Assembly (NCBI GenBank): GCA_965216315.1
Contig: CBDCFN010000016.1
Span: 288,001 to 352,000, forward strand
DNA length: 64,000 bases
Direction of reading: 5' to 3'
Source: a bacterium
GTDB taxonomy: Bacteria; UBA10199; 2-02-FULL-50-16; JAJFLM01
Shown: in pieces, positions 9,093 through 19,629 of the stretch
Position numbering within the stretch: the first letter of the stretch is position 1
Layout of the letters: each line of letters opens with the position of its first letter
Made by a program: the position numbers and the translations under genes
The notes under the pieces: model-generated
Seen by the model: the letters and a program-made list of their open reading frames with translations, nothing else
What the model was told of the DNA's origin: nothing
Databases searched by the model: none

Positions 9093-10946
9093 ATGGTGCT
9101 TATTTCGACACATGTATCGCTTTCTTCTCAAATGCTCCTTGCCGGTGTCGGTCATCACACGAACGCCCTCGTCTTGGCTGCCGGGACGCAAGAGCCTCTA
9201 ACGGACGTCGGGCGCGAGTTGAGGGCCCCAGCCGAGTCACCGGTGCGCACACCTCCGGAGTTGGAAGCGAAGCCGCAGTATCGACTCGAGGATACCCCGA
9301 TAGCGCGACTCTCCGGTGCTCATCTGATCGGATGTCTCGGTATCCTCCTCGTTCTGGGAGAATATTTTTTCGACCTGAAAGGTCTTAGTAGTGGGGGCGG
9401 CTTGTTGGCCATGGCTGTCATCAATGGGTCGGGAAAGGATGGCGAGGCGCCCGACGCGGAGACGGAAGAAAGCGGTGCTGAGGACGTCAAAGGGGCGGTC
9501 TTTGCGACGGAAGAGGGCGATGCGACGATTGCTTTCGATCTGGATTTGGGGGCGGATTTCGATTTTGGGCTGGGGGATGCGGTTACCGAGGACTCGTCTT
9601 CGGACCCGATTATTGAGCAGATCCAGGAGTTATTAAGTGGTACGGGAGACCAAAGTGATACGGTGGCTCCAGTTTCGCGCTTGCGTGACTTGTTGCAATG
9701 GTTTTCGTTTGCGGAAAAAATGGAATTTGTTCGGAATGCAGTGAGTGTGACGAGTCCGGGCCACGTTCTAAGCCGTCTCAAGGCGTTGGCAGTGGATGCC
9801 ACCGATGACACACAACGCATTCCGGTGCTGCAATTGTTAAATGCCTCGATGGCCCTTACCGAGGTTCCGACGCATCTGATTTTCGAGACTTTGCATGAAA
9901 TAGGGGCTGGGTGCGAACTCGATGGGGTCCGGAGTCGGGAGTGGTCCAAGGTGAAAGAAGAGATTCGCGATCTAGCTCATTCAGAAGCGCCGAAAGAAGC
10001 GATTATTACTCGAATCCATGAGCGACGTTCTCAGCTGTGGAAAATCGGCTTTCCTCTTGGGATGGTGGATGAGTTGATTGATCTTTCGACGCGGTATGGA
10101 GATGACGAGAAAAATTATCGTCGTATCTATACCTTGGTTGCGGCCAAGTTGGCTGCCAAACGGTGGGAACAAGAGGATCTTATCGGCCGCTATTATATGG
10201 CGCAGTATGTCGCCGGGCGTATCGCGGCGACAGGGGACCTAGTGCGCGCACGCATGGTGCTTTCGGATGCTGGGTACCAGGGCTTTTTGAATGACCGCGC
10301 TCACGCGCATGACGCAGCCTATGAAGTGCTCGCTTTTTTGGTAGGCGAGCAAAGAGCGGGCATCGATCGTGTCACGCAGGCGATTATTGTCATGGATGAG
10401 GACGTGATTCGAGACATTACGGCGGCGTATCAACGGGACGTTCATGGAATTTTGCCTCCCGTGCATGCGCTGATTCGTGCGATCCGGCGACGCGCTACCG
10501 AAAGTTTTTACAATGGTAAGGTCACGCGGGCCAGAAAGTATCTTAAGGGGGCTAGCATCTTGGTGCAAACGGTTATCACGGATCCTATTTTGCAGCTCAA
10601 TGCCGCTGCAGACGATCTACCGGCCGGTGGCCTTCTGAGTCAACTGAGAACACGCTTGTTGGAGGCGATTGAGAAGGGGCCCGAATATGCGCCGGAGCAG
10701 TGGGCCCTGCTGGTCAACGAAGTGGGAAATACGTTGTCCGATTTAGGCCGCGTCGACGCGGCCTATGATATGTTGCGAGCCCTCCAGAAATTAGACTTGT
10801 GCAATATCATGATTTATCACGATCTCATTGTTTCTATTGTTACCAAGATTGAGATCATGATGCATCAAGGATTCACGGGAGAAGAGCTGGCGCGGCTGAC
10901 AGAGCTGCGCGACCGCTTTACCATGTGGCAAGATAAATTGGTTTAG
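9093..10946 (+). CDS. Large helical orphan protein with an N-terminal hydrophobic segment and an acidic linker
   Basis: Long ORF with no recognised domain. Start taken at ATG 9093. Confidence 0.7.
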   Translation: MVLISTHVSLSSQMLLAGVGHHTNALVLAAGTQEPLTDVGRELRAPAESPVRTPPELEAKPQYRLEDTPIARLSGAHLIGCLGILLVLGEYFFDLKGLSSGGGLLAMAVINGSGKDGEAPDAETEESGAEDVKGAVFATEEGDATIAFDLDLGADFDFGLGDAVTEDSSSDPIIEQIQELLSGTGDQSDTVAPVSRLRDLLQWFSFAEKMEFVRNAVSVTSPGHVLSRLKALAVDATDDTQRIPVLQLLNASMALTEVPTHLIFETLHEIGAGCELDGVRSREWSKVKEEIRDLAHSEAPKEAIITRIHERRSQLWKIGFPLGMVDELIDLSTRYGDDEKNYRRIYTLVAAKLAAKRWEQEDLIGRYYMAQYVAGRIAATGDLVRARMVLSDAGYQGFLNDRAHAHDAAYEVLAFLVGEQRAGIDRVTQAIIVMDEDVIRDITAAYQRDVHGILPPVHALIRAIRRRATESFYNGKVTRARKYLKGASILVQTVITDPILQLNAAADDLPAGGLLSQLRTRLLEAIEKGPEYAPEQWALLVNEVGNTLSDLGRVDAAYDMLRALQKLDLCNIMIYHDLIVSIVTKIEIMMHQGFTGEELARLTELRDRFTMWQDKLV

Positions 10947-12592
10947 CGCCAGCCAGGTGTCCAATTGTTAGCCGTAAAAATACGATCCTTACTGGCATTA
11001 ATTCGCTGTGAGCGTTCGGTCGAACTCATTTCATCATTGATATTTCGATCACTGTGGTGATGCTGGATAAGTGCGCGATAGATCGGTTTTACTTGCATTT
11101 TGCTGACGGATAATCGCTGGTTTCTTTCCAGGGCGGTCGCAATCATTTCAAAGGCACGAATGCTCATTTCGATTTCATGGATGTTGAGGGCGCGCTTTAT
11201 CAGTTCATCAAAGGCCGATTGCGTGCGAATGCTGGAGCCCATTGCGGCGGCTAACAACTCTTGGAGCTCCATTTCATAGAGATTTTTTCGCCGGACAGGT
11301 TCGCTGTATTGAAACTGCCGGCGTCGCTCATAGTTCCAGGCCTTGGTTCGATTCGATTTTTCAAATTCACGGAGAATATCTCTAGCTCCCCATTGGGCCT
11401 CACCGGCTGAAACATTATCCGCGATGCCGCGGATTTCCATGTGAAGCGTGGGGTCATAACACGCACGGAATAAGAAAGTGCTGGCAAGTCCGTGCTGAAA
11501 ATATTTGAGACGAGATAAAGACATGAGAGCTTCTTGGCGTGTCATTTGGTTAGAGTTATTAAGTAAATTTGCAAGGCTTGAGATGGCGTGTTCCACATGG
11601 TGCTTATGGGCCAATTGCTCAAGAATACGGATGGCTCGGACATGGCCCTCTTGTGCTAATGTTTCGACTCGGTTGAAGGCCGACTGGACGTAACGCGCTT
11701 CGTCGGCGAGACGTTCGTAGTCGATGGTTTCCTCAGCCAGGGCGAGAATGTCAGATAGATAGGTTGTAATCGAACGCGCTTCAACGGCGTGGGTGCTTCC
11801 GGAGTCACCGATGCCCTTGAGGCACTCGAAGGCTTCGGGATGGCCGAGGCGCGAGAGGCGTTCTAATATATCCAGATGCTGGGAGGCGCTGTTCGGGTCT
11901 TCGTAGTACGCATCTATTAAGTGCATCAGGGGTATTGAGTGGACCTGCTGCGTGAGCCTGGTCAGATGGGGAAAATATTCCGCTGTTTGGAGGAGGATCC
12001 CGAGTGCATCCCAATGTCCCAGGCGGGCCAAATGTTGCAATGAGCTGGAGGTTGACAGAACATCATAATTTCCGATCGTGGAATGGAGCGCGCGCATTGG
12101 CAGCTGTGAAATCGTTCGACGCATCGAGCTCGATAGCGCTCGGTCTGGTGGCAGAATCGCCAAATATTGAGCCAATGCATTCCAATCACCCTTAATCGCT
12201 TGCCGCTGTAGTGTCACCTGATAAGAGACCTGTTGAGGGATTTGCGGGCGCTGTCGGACGGGGAGCGGTGGTTGCGGTCTTGGTTGGGTCGGTTGTTCTT
12301 TTGGCTTTTTTCCGAATAATTTCGAGAAGAAGCCGGGTTTTTTGGGGTTATCTTTATCGGACAGACGATAGCTCAGTTCGCTTGGAGGACTATAGTGGCT
12401 GCGCCCATCCGCACCGATGTGAACGGTGAGAGCAGGCTGAGTCGTGTTCTCAAGGCCGCTTAGCGTCAGTAGCCTCAGTTCGTCTGCACTGAAGCTCGAT
12501 GGATGTCCACTGGTGCCAGACATCAAGACAAAGACTGGGCTGGTGATTCCGGTGGCTTGGAAACAGAGCGAACTTGATAGGGATATATGCAT
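10943..12592 (-). CDS. Orphan helical-repeat protein with a C-terminal degenerate J-domain
   Basis: SD GAGGTG before the ATG. Ser-rich N-terminus, Pro/Gln linker, HEAT-like helices, and C-terminal KPIYRALIQHHHSDRN...SQRINASKD. Confidence 0.65.
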   Translation of the reverse strand: MHISLSSSLCFQATGITSPVFVLMSGTSGHPSSFSADELRLLTLSGLENTTQPALTVHIGADGRSHYSPPSELSYRLSDKDNPKKPGFFSKLFGKKPKEQPTQPRPQPPLPVRQRPQIPQQVSYQVTLQRQAIKGDWNALAQYLAILPPDRALSSSMRRTISQLPMRALHSTIGNYDVLSTSSSLQHLARLGHWDALGILLQTAEYFPHLTRLTQQVHSIPLMHLIDAYYEDPNSASQHLDILERLSRLGHPEAFECLKGIGDSGSTHAVEARSITTYLSDILALAEETIDYERLADEARYVQSAFNRVETLAQEGHVRAIRILEQLAHKHHVEHAISSLANLLNNSNQMTRQEALMSLSRLKYFQHGLASTFLFRACYDPTLHMEIRGIADNVSAGEAQWGARDILREFEKSNRTKAWNYERRRQFQYSEPVRRKNLYEMELQELLAAAMGSSIRTQSAFDELIKRALNIHEIEMSIRAFEMIATALERNQRLSVSKMQVKPIYRALIQHHHSDRNINDEMSSTERSQRINASKDRIFTANNWTPGWR

Positions 12593-12766
12593 ATGACACC
12601 TCGTTAGCTCCGTTTGATCGCAGGTAAAATATGAAAGTTGTTAATGAAGGTGTAAAAAGCGAATCCGACTGGATTCAGCGTCCCCGTTCCGGAATTTATG
12701 CGTTCGAGTATACAGCAAAATAAGCCCTTGCGCCCGCTCGGGGCCTGTATTAGACAGGGTCTCGCG

Positions 12767-13519
12767 ATGAGGGTGGTACTAATAGCAATGGCAATCTTGG
12801 GGGTCCTTATGTCTGGAGACGGTGCGGATGCGACTATGAAGTCGAAGAAATCCAAGAAAATCATTCCGGCCAAGCCGGAAGAAGTTCTCAAGGATTTGCA
12901 GGCAGGTAATGCACGTTACGTCAGTGGTCAGTTGGAGCGTCCCCATCAGTCGAAGGAAGATCGAGAGCGTCTCGTTGCAGGGCAAAATCCTCCGACTGTT
13001 GTACTCGCGTGCTCGGATTCGCGTGTCATGCCGGAGTTGATTTTTGATAAGGGGCTTGGTGACCTATTTGTCGTGCGAGTCGCGGGTAATGTGGTCAATC
13101 CCGAAAACATTGCCAGTATCGAATTTGCAGTCAAAAACCTGAGTTCGTCCCTCATTGTCGTGTTGGGCCATGAAGGGTGTGGTGCGGTGAATGCGGCAAT
13201 CAATATTTCGCCGAGCGAGAGTGCGGGTTCACCGAGTCTCGATGTGCTGGTTCATGCGATCCGAAGTAATATTCAAAGTGTCGGTGTGAGTCTTCATCCC
13301 GAAGGAGATTCATTCCGCGATCAGGTCATTGCCAACGTTCAAGGCGTGATTGAAGATTTGAATAAGCAAAGTCCCGTGATCGGTGAGTTGTTGGACAAGA
13401 AAAAGTTAAAGATCATACCGGCTATTTATTCTTTAGGGTCGGGAAAGGTCGCGGTGCTCAATGCTATTGAACAAGTCGCCTCGAGCCCTTCAATCGAAAC
13501 CGCCGAAAAACCCAAATAA
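12767..13519 (+). CDS. Beta-class carbonic anhydrase with signal peptide
   Basis: GNARY, ACSDSRV, DLFVVRVAGN and LGHEGCGAV zinc-ligand motifs. Confidence 0.93.
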   Translation: MRVVLIAMAILGVLMSGDGADATMKSKKSKKIIPAKPEEVLKDLQAGNARYVSGQLERPHQSKEDRERLVAGQNPPTVVLACSDSRVMPELIFDKGLGDLFVVRVAGNVVNPENIASIEFAVKNLSSSLIVVLGHEGCGAVNAAINISPSESAGSPSLDVLVHAIRSNIQSVGVSLHPEGDSFRDQVIANVQGVIEDLNKQSPVIGELLDKKKLKIIPAIYSLGSGKVAVLNAIEQVASSPSIETAEKPK

Positions 13520-13525
13520 ATCGCT

Positions 13526-13867
13526 TTATTGTAATTGGAACCAACGACCACTGCTTGTGCGGCACACGCGTTTGCGCAGGTAATAGGCTGTTTCGCCTTC
13601 GTCCGCCGTCATGGTCAGTTGACGACAGGGGCGATTGCGTTTGAAGAATTCTCGGTTGATCGTCAGTGTATAGTTTGTCTGCGTGCGCGGATTGTACCAG
13701 CGACTCGTGCGTCCCGGCAGAGTGCCGTCAATCCTTTGCTCCAGCTCGTGATCGTCGGATAAGTCCAGTAAAGGCGCGATGGGCTCCGATAGGGCTATCG
13801 CGCCGGCGGTTGAACTCGCCAAGAAGAGGGCGAGGCCGCTGAATACCGTGATTATTTTTGATGCCAT
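13526..13867 (-). CDS. Small secreted protein, RT0821/Lpp0805 (17 kDa antigen C-terminal)-like
   Basis: Signal peptide, then WYNPRT...PCRQ...VCRTSSGRW. Confidence 0.7.
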   Translation of the reverse strand: MASKIITVFSGLALFLASSTAGAIALSEPIAPLLDLSDDHELEQRIDGTLPGRTSRWYNPRTQTNYTLTINREFFKRNRPCRQLTMTADEGETAYYLRKRVCRTSSGRWFQLQ

Positions 13868-13964
13868 AAGGCCTGGATTCTTAACAACTTGTAGCGATCT
13901 TGGCAATAGCCCAGTTGATCCCGTTTGTGTGGAAGTGGTATTATTGGTTTCTAGGGCGGTACCA

Positions 13965-14459
13965 ATGACACTTAACAATCTTGCCCACGATATCAAGATC
14001 TTCCATGGCCTAAAACCTGAAGAATTAGCGCATATTACGCCCCACCTGCAGACATCCACCTTTCATAAGGGCGATTGGGTTGTCAATGAAGGGACCGATG
14101 CCGACGGGATGTACGTCATCCAGTCGGGAGAGGTCGAGGTCTGGAAAAGTGCTAATGGTGAGAAAAAAGGGGTCTGCATTGGTGAACTCGAGTCCGGTGA
14201 TTGTTTTGGAGAAATGTCTCTTGTGGATTGTCAGCGCCGGTCGGCCAGTGTCCTCGCCGTGACCGAGCTTGCGGTCATGAGCCTTTCTTACTATGCGATC
14301 AGTCTACTCTATGAGGAAGACCCCAAACTCTATGGTTTGCTGATGATGAATATCGCGCGGGAGATCAGCCGGCGCCTGCGCCGTTGTGATCAGACCATTC
14401 TTGAGTTTGCCTTGCCCGTCGATCCTGACGCCCTGCCGGAATTACGCGCCAAGAATTAG
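13965..14459 (+). CDS. Stand-alone cyclic nucleotide-binding domain protein
   Basis: EG...GMYVIQSGEVEV, FGEMSL...RSASV; no HTH domain. Confidence 0.88.
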   Translation: MTLNNLAHDIKIFHGLKPEELAHITPHLQTSTFHKGDWVVNEGTDADGMYVIQSGEVEVWKSANGEKKGVCIGELESGDCFGEMSLVDCQRRSASVLAVTELAVMSLSYYAISLLYEEDPKLYGLLMMNIAREISRRLRRCDQTILEFALPVDPDALPELRAKN

Positions 14460-15940
14460 TGATCGGGTTGGGAGCCATGGTCGTGTCCCCCCGCACCCGT
14501 AATACAGCATGTCGCCCCATAGCGTTCTTCACCCGGTGACACATGTTTGATTTGGTGTAAGAGGGGTTCAGGATAGAGCCCGATCACGAGGACCTTCGCC
14601 AGCAGCACCATAACGACAATCACTAAGGTCGGCGACGGCCTCCATCCACCGACCCCGGCCTGTTTTTCGGAAAAATAGAGAGAGGCCACGACGCGGAGAT
14701 AATAGTAGGCTCCCAGAGCGGCACCGATGATAACCGCTGCGACTAAGAAATACTTTTCTCCCGCGAGCGCACTTTGGAAGATGGACCATTTACCGATAAA
14801 ACCGGCGGTCATTGGTATCCCTGCGAGTGAAAAGAAGCTAAGCGCAAGACCCGCGGCGTACAGCGGTTTGCGGTGACCGAGACCGCGATAATTTTCCAAG
14901 TCTCCGGCCTCTTCAGAGTCCCCTTCACTCAACAAGAGGACGGCAAAGGCGGTTAAGGCCGTGACGACGTAGGTGACTAGGTAGATCAAGCTTGCCGACC
15001 AAGCGGCCCCGACACAAAGCGGTACAAAGGCATAGCCGAGGTGGGCGATCGAAGAATACGCGAGCAGGCGTTTGAGGTTCTGCTGAAACAGTGCCAACAG
15101 GTTACCGATGATGATGCTGGCAACGACGATGACGACGAGGATTTGAGTAAACTCGGCCGAGTGGTTGAATAAGCTTAGGTAACGCAGGACCAATCCAAAA
15201 ATGGCCACTTTAGAGCCGGTGGCGATGAGCGCCGTGACCGATGTCGGTGCGCCTTGATAGACGTCGGGGGCCCACATATGGAACGGAGCGAGCGACAACT
15301 TGAAGCAAACGCCAACAAAAAGACAGAGCGTTCCGGTCAACCAGAGTATTGGGTCGCTGGATTGGGCGGCGGCTTCAGCGATGCCCGGTAGGTCGAGCGT
15401 CCCGTAGCCGAGATAGAAAAGGGCGATGCCAAGCAGGACAAAGCCGGATGAAACGGCACTGAGAATCAGGTACTTGACGGCGGCCTCCGTTCCGATGCTG
15501 CGATTCGCATAGAAGGCGATGAGCACATAGAGACAGGCGGAGTAGATTTCGAGACCGAGAAAAAAGACGGCCAGATGCGTGGTCGACACGACTGTTGCCA
15601 TGCCGACGAGACAAAAGAGCAGGAGTCCGTAGAAAATTTCACGGGAGTCAACGGACTTGTCGAGGGCGCAATATCCCAGTAGCGCGATCACGATCGCGAC
15701 GGCATACAGGATCTTGATGAAAAAGAGGCCGATGGGATCAAAGATGAAGAGCTGGCCGACCGCCATGCTGCCGCTGGTTTCCAGGCGGGTGAGGCTGTAA
15801 AGTCCTGCAGCTAAGGCGCCGATACAAAGCCAAGCGAGCCAACGTTTTTGTTTCATCGCGGCGCCAATGATCAAGAGCGCCGTTCCGGCAATAGCTGGAA
15901 TCATCAGCGGCGCAAACGATGTCAGGAGTAGTTTGATCAT
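14456..15940 (-). CDS. nuoN: NADH-quinone oxidoreductase subunit N
   Basis: EAAVKY, FKLSLAPFHMWAPDVYQGAP, KRLLAYSSIAH; last gene of the operon. Confidence 0.95.
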   Translation of the reverse strand: MIKLLLTSFAPLMIPAIAGTALLIIGAAMKQKRWLAWLCIGALAAGLYSLTRLETSGSMAVGQLFIFDPIGLFFIKILYAVAIVIALLGYCALDKSVDSREIFYGLLLFCLVGMATVVSTTHLAVFFLGLEIYSACLYVLIAFYANRSIGTEAAVKYLILSAVSSGFVLLGIALFYLGYGTLDLPGIAEAAAQSSDPILWLTGTLCLFVGVCFKLSLAPFHMWAPDVYQGAPTSVTALIATGSKVAIFGLVLRYLSLFNHSAEFTQILVVIVVASIIIGNLLALFQQNLKRLLAYSSIAHLGYAFVPLCVGAAWSASLIYLVTYVVTALTAFAVLLLSEGDSEEAGDLENYRGLGHRKPLYAAGLALSFFSLAGIPMTAGFIGKWSIFQSALAGEKYFLVAAVIIGAALGAYYYLRVVASLYFSEKQAGVGGWRPSPTLVIVVMVLLAKVLVIGLYPEPLLHQIKHVSPGEERYGATCCITGAGGHDHGSQPDH

Positions 15941-17478
15941 GGGGTGGGCACCTCGTCGGGATGAGGGCTCGCTTCGACCGGAGGCGCTAGTTCAATAATT
16001 TCGATCGAGTCGACGGGCACGGCCTGGACCGTTCCGGCCCAAAGTGCTTCCGTGACTTTGAGCGTGGGGCCGGGGCGGAGACCAAACCAGATCAGGAGCA
16101 AGGCCAACGGGACGAGGAGACTCCATTCCCGCAGACTGAGGTCCGTCGAAGGGTCATTTTCAAATTTAAGCAGGCCGTAAACGCTCTTGCCGATAAACTT
16201 TAATGAATAGAGTGCTGCAAAAAAGAGACCGATGGCTCCGGCAACCGCCAGCTGAGGCCAGACTTGATAGGTGCCGAGCAAGGTGAGTAACTCCGCGATA
16301 AAGTTACCGAGTCCCGGCAGTCCCAACGAGGCAATTGCAAAGAAAACGAGAAAACCGGAGAGACGGGGTAATGTTTTCCAGAGGCCGCCGAGCTGGCTGA
16401 GGCTGCGCGTATGAAAGCGTTCATCAATCATTCCCACGACGGCAAAGAGGGCTCCCGTACTGACGCCATGACAGACCATTTGGAATACGGCTCCTTGTCC
16501 GGCCAATGGTGTGCCTGCTGCCAAAGCCAATAACACAAAGCCCATGTGGCTGATGCTGGAGTAAGCGACGAGTCGTTTGAGATCGCGTTGGCTAAAGGCC
16601 AAGATGGCGCCGTAGAAAATTCCCGCCACCCCGATCAAAGCGCCCCACCAGGCATAGGTTTGGACGGCTTCGGGACACAAAGGCAGTGCGAAGCGGATCA
16701 GGCCATAGCCGCCGGTCTTGAGGAGAAGTCCCGCGAGTATGATCGACCCCGCCGTCGGGGCCTCGGTATGCGCGTCGGGCAGCCAGGTGTGAACGCCGAA
16801 GGCCGGCAGCTTGACGGCAAAACCGATGAAGAGCCCGAGCAGGATCCAGGTCTGCTGCGTCAGCGATAAGTCGGTTTGCAGGAGCGCACCGGCGTCAAAG
16901 GTAAAATGGCCGGTGTTCTGTCCATGGATCCAGTAGAGGGCCAAGATGGAGCCGAGCAGAAAAATACCGCTGATAAAGGTAAAGAGGAAGAACTTGATCG
17001 CGGCGTAAACGCGATTTTCGTGGCCCCAAACCCCGATCAAAAAATACATCGGGATGAGCATCATTTCCCAAAAGAAGTAGAACAAAAACAGATCGTGGGC
17101 GGTGAATACCCCGACGATGCCCGCCACGATCCACAGGAGGCAGAAGTAGAAGGCGCCTGTTTTTTCCTTAATATAATTCCAGGAGGCGCCGATGGAAATC
17201 AACGTGAGTAACGCGGTCAAAGCAACCAGCAAAAATCCCATCCCATCGAGCTCAAGGCGGATGGCGATTCCGGCTGAGGGAATCCACGGAATCGTGATGC
17301 CGGCAAAGTAATCGTTTGGTTGCGGCGGCATGACGACGTAGAGACACCAAACCTGCCCGATGAGGAGGACCGCTGTCGCCAGGGCGATGATCCGGGCGGC
17401 GCCGCGGTAGAGCCGTTCTCCAAAATAGGCGATGATGGCGCCGCTGAATGGAATGAGGAGGAGAGTGATGAGTTTCAT
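15937..17478 (-). CDS. nuoM: NADH-quinone oxidoreductase subunit M
   Basis: FWEMMLIPMYFLIG, HTWLPDAHTEAPTAGS. Confidence 0.96.
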   Translation of the reverse strand: MKLITLLLIPFSGAIIAYFGERLYRGAARIIALATAVLLIGQVWCLYVVMPPQPNDYFAGITIPWIPSAGIAIRLELDGMGFLLVALTALLTLISIGASWNYIKEKTGAFYFCLLWIVAGIVGVFTAHDLFLFYFFWEMMLIPMYFLIGVWGHENRVYAAIKFFLFTFISGIFLLGSILALYWIHGQNTGHFTFDAGALLQTDLSLTQQTWILLGLFIGFAVKLPAFGVHTWLPDAHTEAPTAGSIILAGLLLKTGGYGLIRFALPLCPEAVQTYAWWGALIGVAGIFYGAILAFSQRDLKRLVAYSSISHMGFVLLALAAGTPLAGQGAVFQMVCHGVSTGALFAVVGMIDERFHTRSLSQLGGLWKTLPRLSGFLVFFAIASLGLPGLGNFIAELLTLLGTYQVWPQLAVAGAIGLFFAALYSLKFIGKSVYGLLKFENDPSTDLSLREWSLLVPLALLLIWFGLRPGPTLKVTEALWAGTVQAVPVDSIEIIELAPPVEASPHPDEVPTP

Positions 17479-19316
17479 CGTGCCAGTACCCCCGCAGCAA
17501 AGATGATGCAGCCCACGACGAGGGCCGCGGCATACCAGCGGACACGACCGTTTTGGCTCAGTCGAACCGCCTGATTGAGACCGTGTACGAGCGAGAGCCC
17601 GAAGTTGATTCCGACATCAAACCATTCGCGATGGAGCATGTCGGAGAGTCGTTCGACGCCGCGGACGAAAATACGTTGATAGATCGCATCGATGTAAAAG
17701 CCGTTGCTCGATAGTTTTTGGATGAGAGCGACTCCCGCGGCACGTTTTTTAAAGACGGTATAGGCGATCAGGATGCCGCCGATGCCGGCGGCCGCGGCGA
17801 GACCCTGGGTCATTAATTCTTCCGCCAGAGTGCCGTGGGCCGCGGGTGCGGCGATGACAAAGCTCTGATTGATCCAGTCGGCCCACCAATGCAGTCCCCC
17901 TAAAGTCGGAGGCGTCTCGACGAAACCGGCGATGAGTGCGAGCACGGCGAGTATGATCAAGGGGATGCGAATCGCACTACCGGGTGCATGGAGCTTGCCC
18001 TCATAGGCCTTGCCGAAAAAGGTCATCAAGACCATGCGTGCGCTGTACCAACCGGTGAGCAAGGCTGTCGTGACGCCCAGCATCCAGAGGATATAATGGT
18101 GACCGGCAAAGGCGTCCCAAAGAATCGCATCCTTACTGTAAAAACCACTCGTGACCAATGGCAAGGCGGCGAGGGCCGCGGAACCCGCGATAAAGGTCCA
18201 GAAGGTCAACGGCAGTTTGCGGCGTAGTCCGCCGAGCTTGCGCATGTCTTGTTCGCCATGGGCTGCATGGATGACGGCGCCGGCGCCCAGAAAGAGCAGG
18301 GCCTTAAAAAAGGCGTGCGTGAAGAAATGAAAGATCGCCGCGTCAAAGGCTCCCACGCCGAGGGCCAAAAACATGTAACCGATCTGACTGATCGTGGAAT
18401 AGGCGAGGACGCGCTTAATATCGTTTTGGCCGATTGCCGTGATGCCGGCGTAAAACGCGGTCACGGCTCCGACGACGGCGACGAGGTACAAGACTTCCGG
18501 CGTTGCACTGAAGACCGGTTGCATGCGTGCAATCAGATAGACGCCGGCCGTCACCATTGTTGACGAGTGCAACAGGGCGGAGACCGGGGTCGGGCCGGCC
18601 ATCGCGTCCGGGAGCCAAACTTGTAACGGAAACTGGGCGGACTTGGCGACCGCTGCGATGAGCAGTAGAAGGGTCACCGTGGTCAGGGCCGCAGGCGATT
18701 CACTGGTCATGACCGGGAGCATTTTGAGGACGTAGGGCAGTGACCAGTCATGGACCTGTTGAAAAATAATAAAGAGCGCGATCATGAAGGCGACGTCACC
18801 GATGCGGGTCACGTAAAAGGCCTTTTGGGCGCAGCGGACATTCGCGTCATCTTCATACCAAAAGCCGATGAGGAGATAGGAGCAGAGCCCGACGCCTTCC
18901 CAGCCCAAAAATAATAACAGCATATCATCCGCCAAGAGCAGGATCAGCATCGCGCCGACGAAAAGATTAAGGTAGGCAAAGAAACGATTATGTCCAGGGT
19001 CTTCACGCATGTACTCGGTTGAGTACACGTGAATCAAGAAGCCGATAAAGCAGACGATGCTGACCATCGTCGCGGAGAGTGTGTCCATTTGCAGGCTGAA
19101 TGTCGGTGTAAAAGCTCCGATGCCTTCGATCCAGGGTCCGTAGCTCTGGTTGATTGCACCGTGACTCAGTTGGGGGAGCTGGAGTGCCGCGATAATACCG
19201 GCACCGGCGACGGTGCCGCAGCCGATGGTTCCTGCGAGCGCGCGAGGGATGCGTGAGCCGAAGAGGGCCAGGACGATGAAGCCGACGATTGGAAGTAAGC
19301 AGATCAGACCCAGCAT
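17475..19316 (-). CDS. nuoL: NADH-quinone oxidoreductase subunit L
   Basis: GWEGVGLCSYLLIGFW, KSAQFPLQVWLPDAMAGPTPVSAL, HAFFKALLFL. Confidence 0.96.
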   Translation of the reverse strand: MLGLICLLPIVGFIVLALFGSRIPRALAGTIGCGTVAGAGIIAALQLPQLSHGAINQSYGPWIEGIGAFTPTFSLQMDTLSATMVSIVCFIGFLIHVYSTEYMREDPGHNRFFAYLNLFVGAMLILLLADDMLLLFLGWEGVGLCSYLLIGFWYEDDANVRCAQKAFYVTRIGDVAFMIALFIIFQQVHDWSLPYVLKMLPVMTSESPAALTTVTLLLLIAAVAKSAQFPLQVWLPDAMAGPTPVSALLHSSTMVTAGVYLIARMQPVFSATPEVLYLVAVVGAVTAFYAGITAIGQNDIKRVLAYSTISQIGYMFLALGVGAFDAAIFHFFTHAFFKALLFLGAGAVIHAAHGEQDMRKLGGLRRKLPLTFWTFIAGSAALAALPLVTSGFYSKDAILWDAFAGHHYILWMLGVTTALLTGWYSARMVLMTFFGKAYEGKLHAPGSAIRIPLIILAVLALIAGFVETPPTLGGLHWWADWINQSFVIAAPAAHGTLAEELMTQGLAAAAGIGGILIAYTVFKKRAAGVALIQKLSSNGFYIDAIYQRIFVRGVERLSDMLHREWFDVGINFGLSLVHGLNQAVRLSQNGRVRWYAAALVVGCIIFAAGVLAR

Positions 19317-19317
19317 G

Positions 19318-19629
19318 TTATCCTTTCAGCTCCTGTAAGGCGTCCGGATCCAAACGCGGATTACTCTTGTGGACGCGTAAAAAGAGGGCGAGTCCAATGC
19401 CGACTTCGATGGCCGCCATGACCAGCATTAATAAGACCATGACTTGGCCGTCGGCCTGTCCCCACTTGGAGCCCGCCCCGACGAAGAGCAGGGCGATTCC
19501 GTTGATCATGATTTCGACACCGATCAGAATAAAGAGCAGATTGCGCCGCGCGAGGATGCCGACCAGGCCGATAAAAAAGAAGCCTAAGGAGAGTCCGAGG
19601 AGATGAGCTGTGGGGAGACTCGCGATCAT
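19318..19629 (-). CDS. nuoK: NADH-quinone oxidoreductase subunit K
   Basis: RRNLL...EIMING, AAIEVGIGLAL. Confidence 0.95.
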   Translation of the reverse strand: MIASLPTAHLLGLSLGFFFIGLVGILARRNLLFILIGVEIMINGIALLFVGAGSKWGQADGQVMVLLMLVMAAIEVGIGLALFLRVHKSNPRLDPDALQELKG

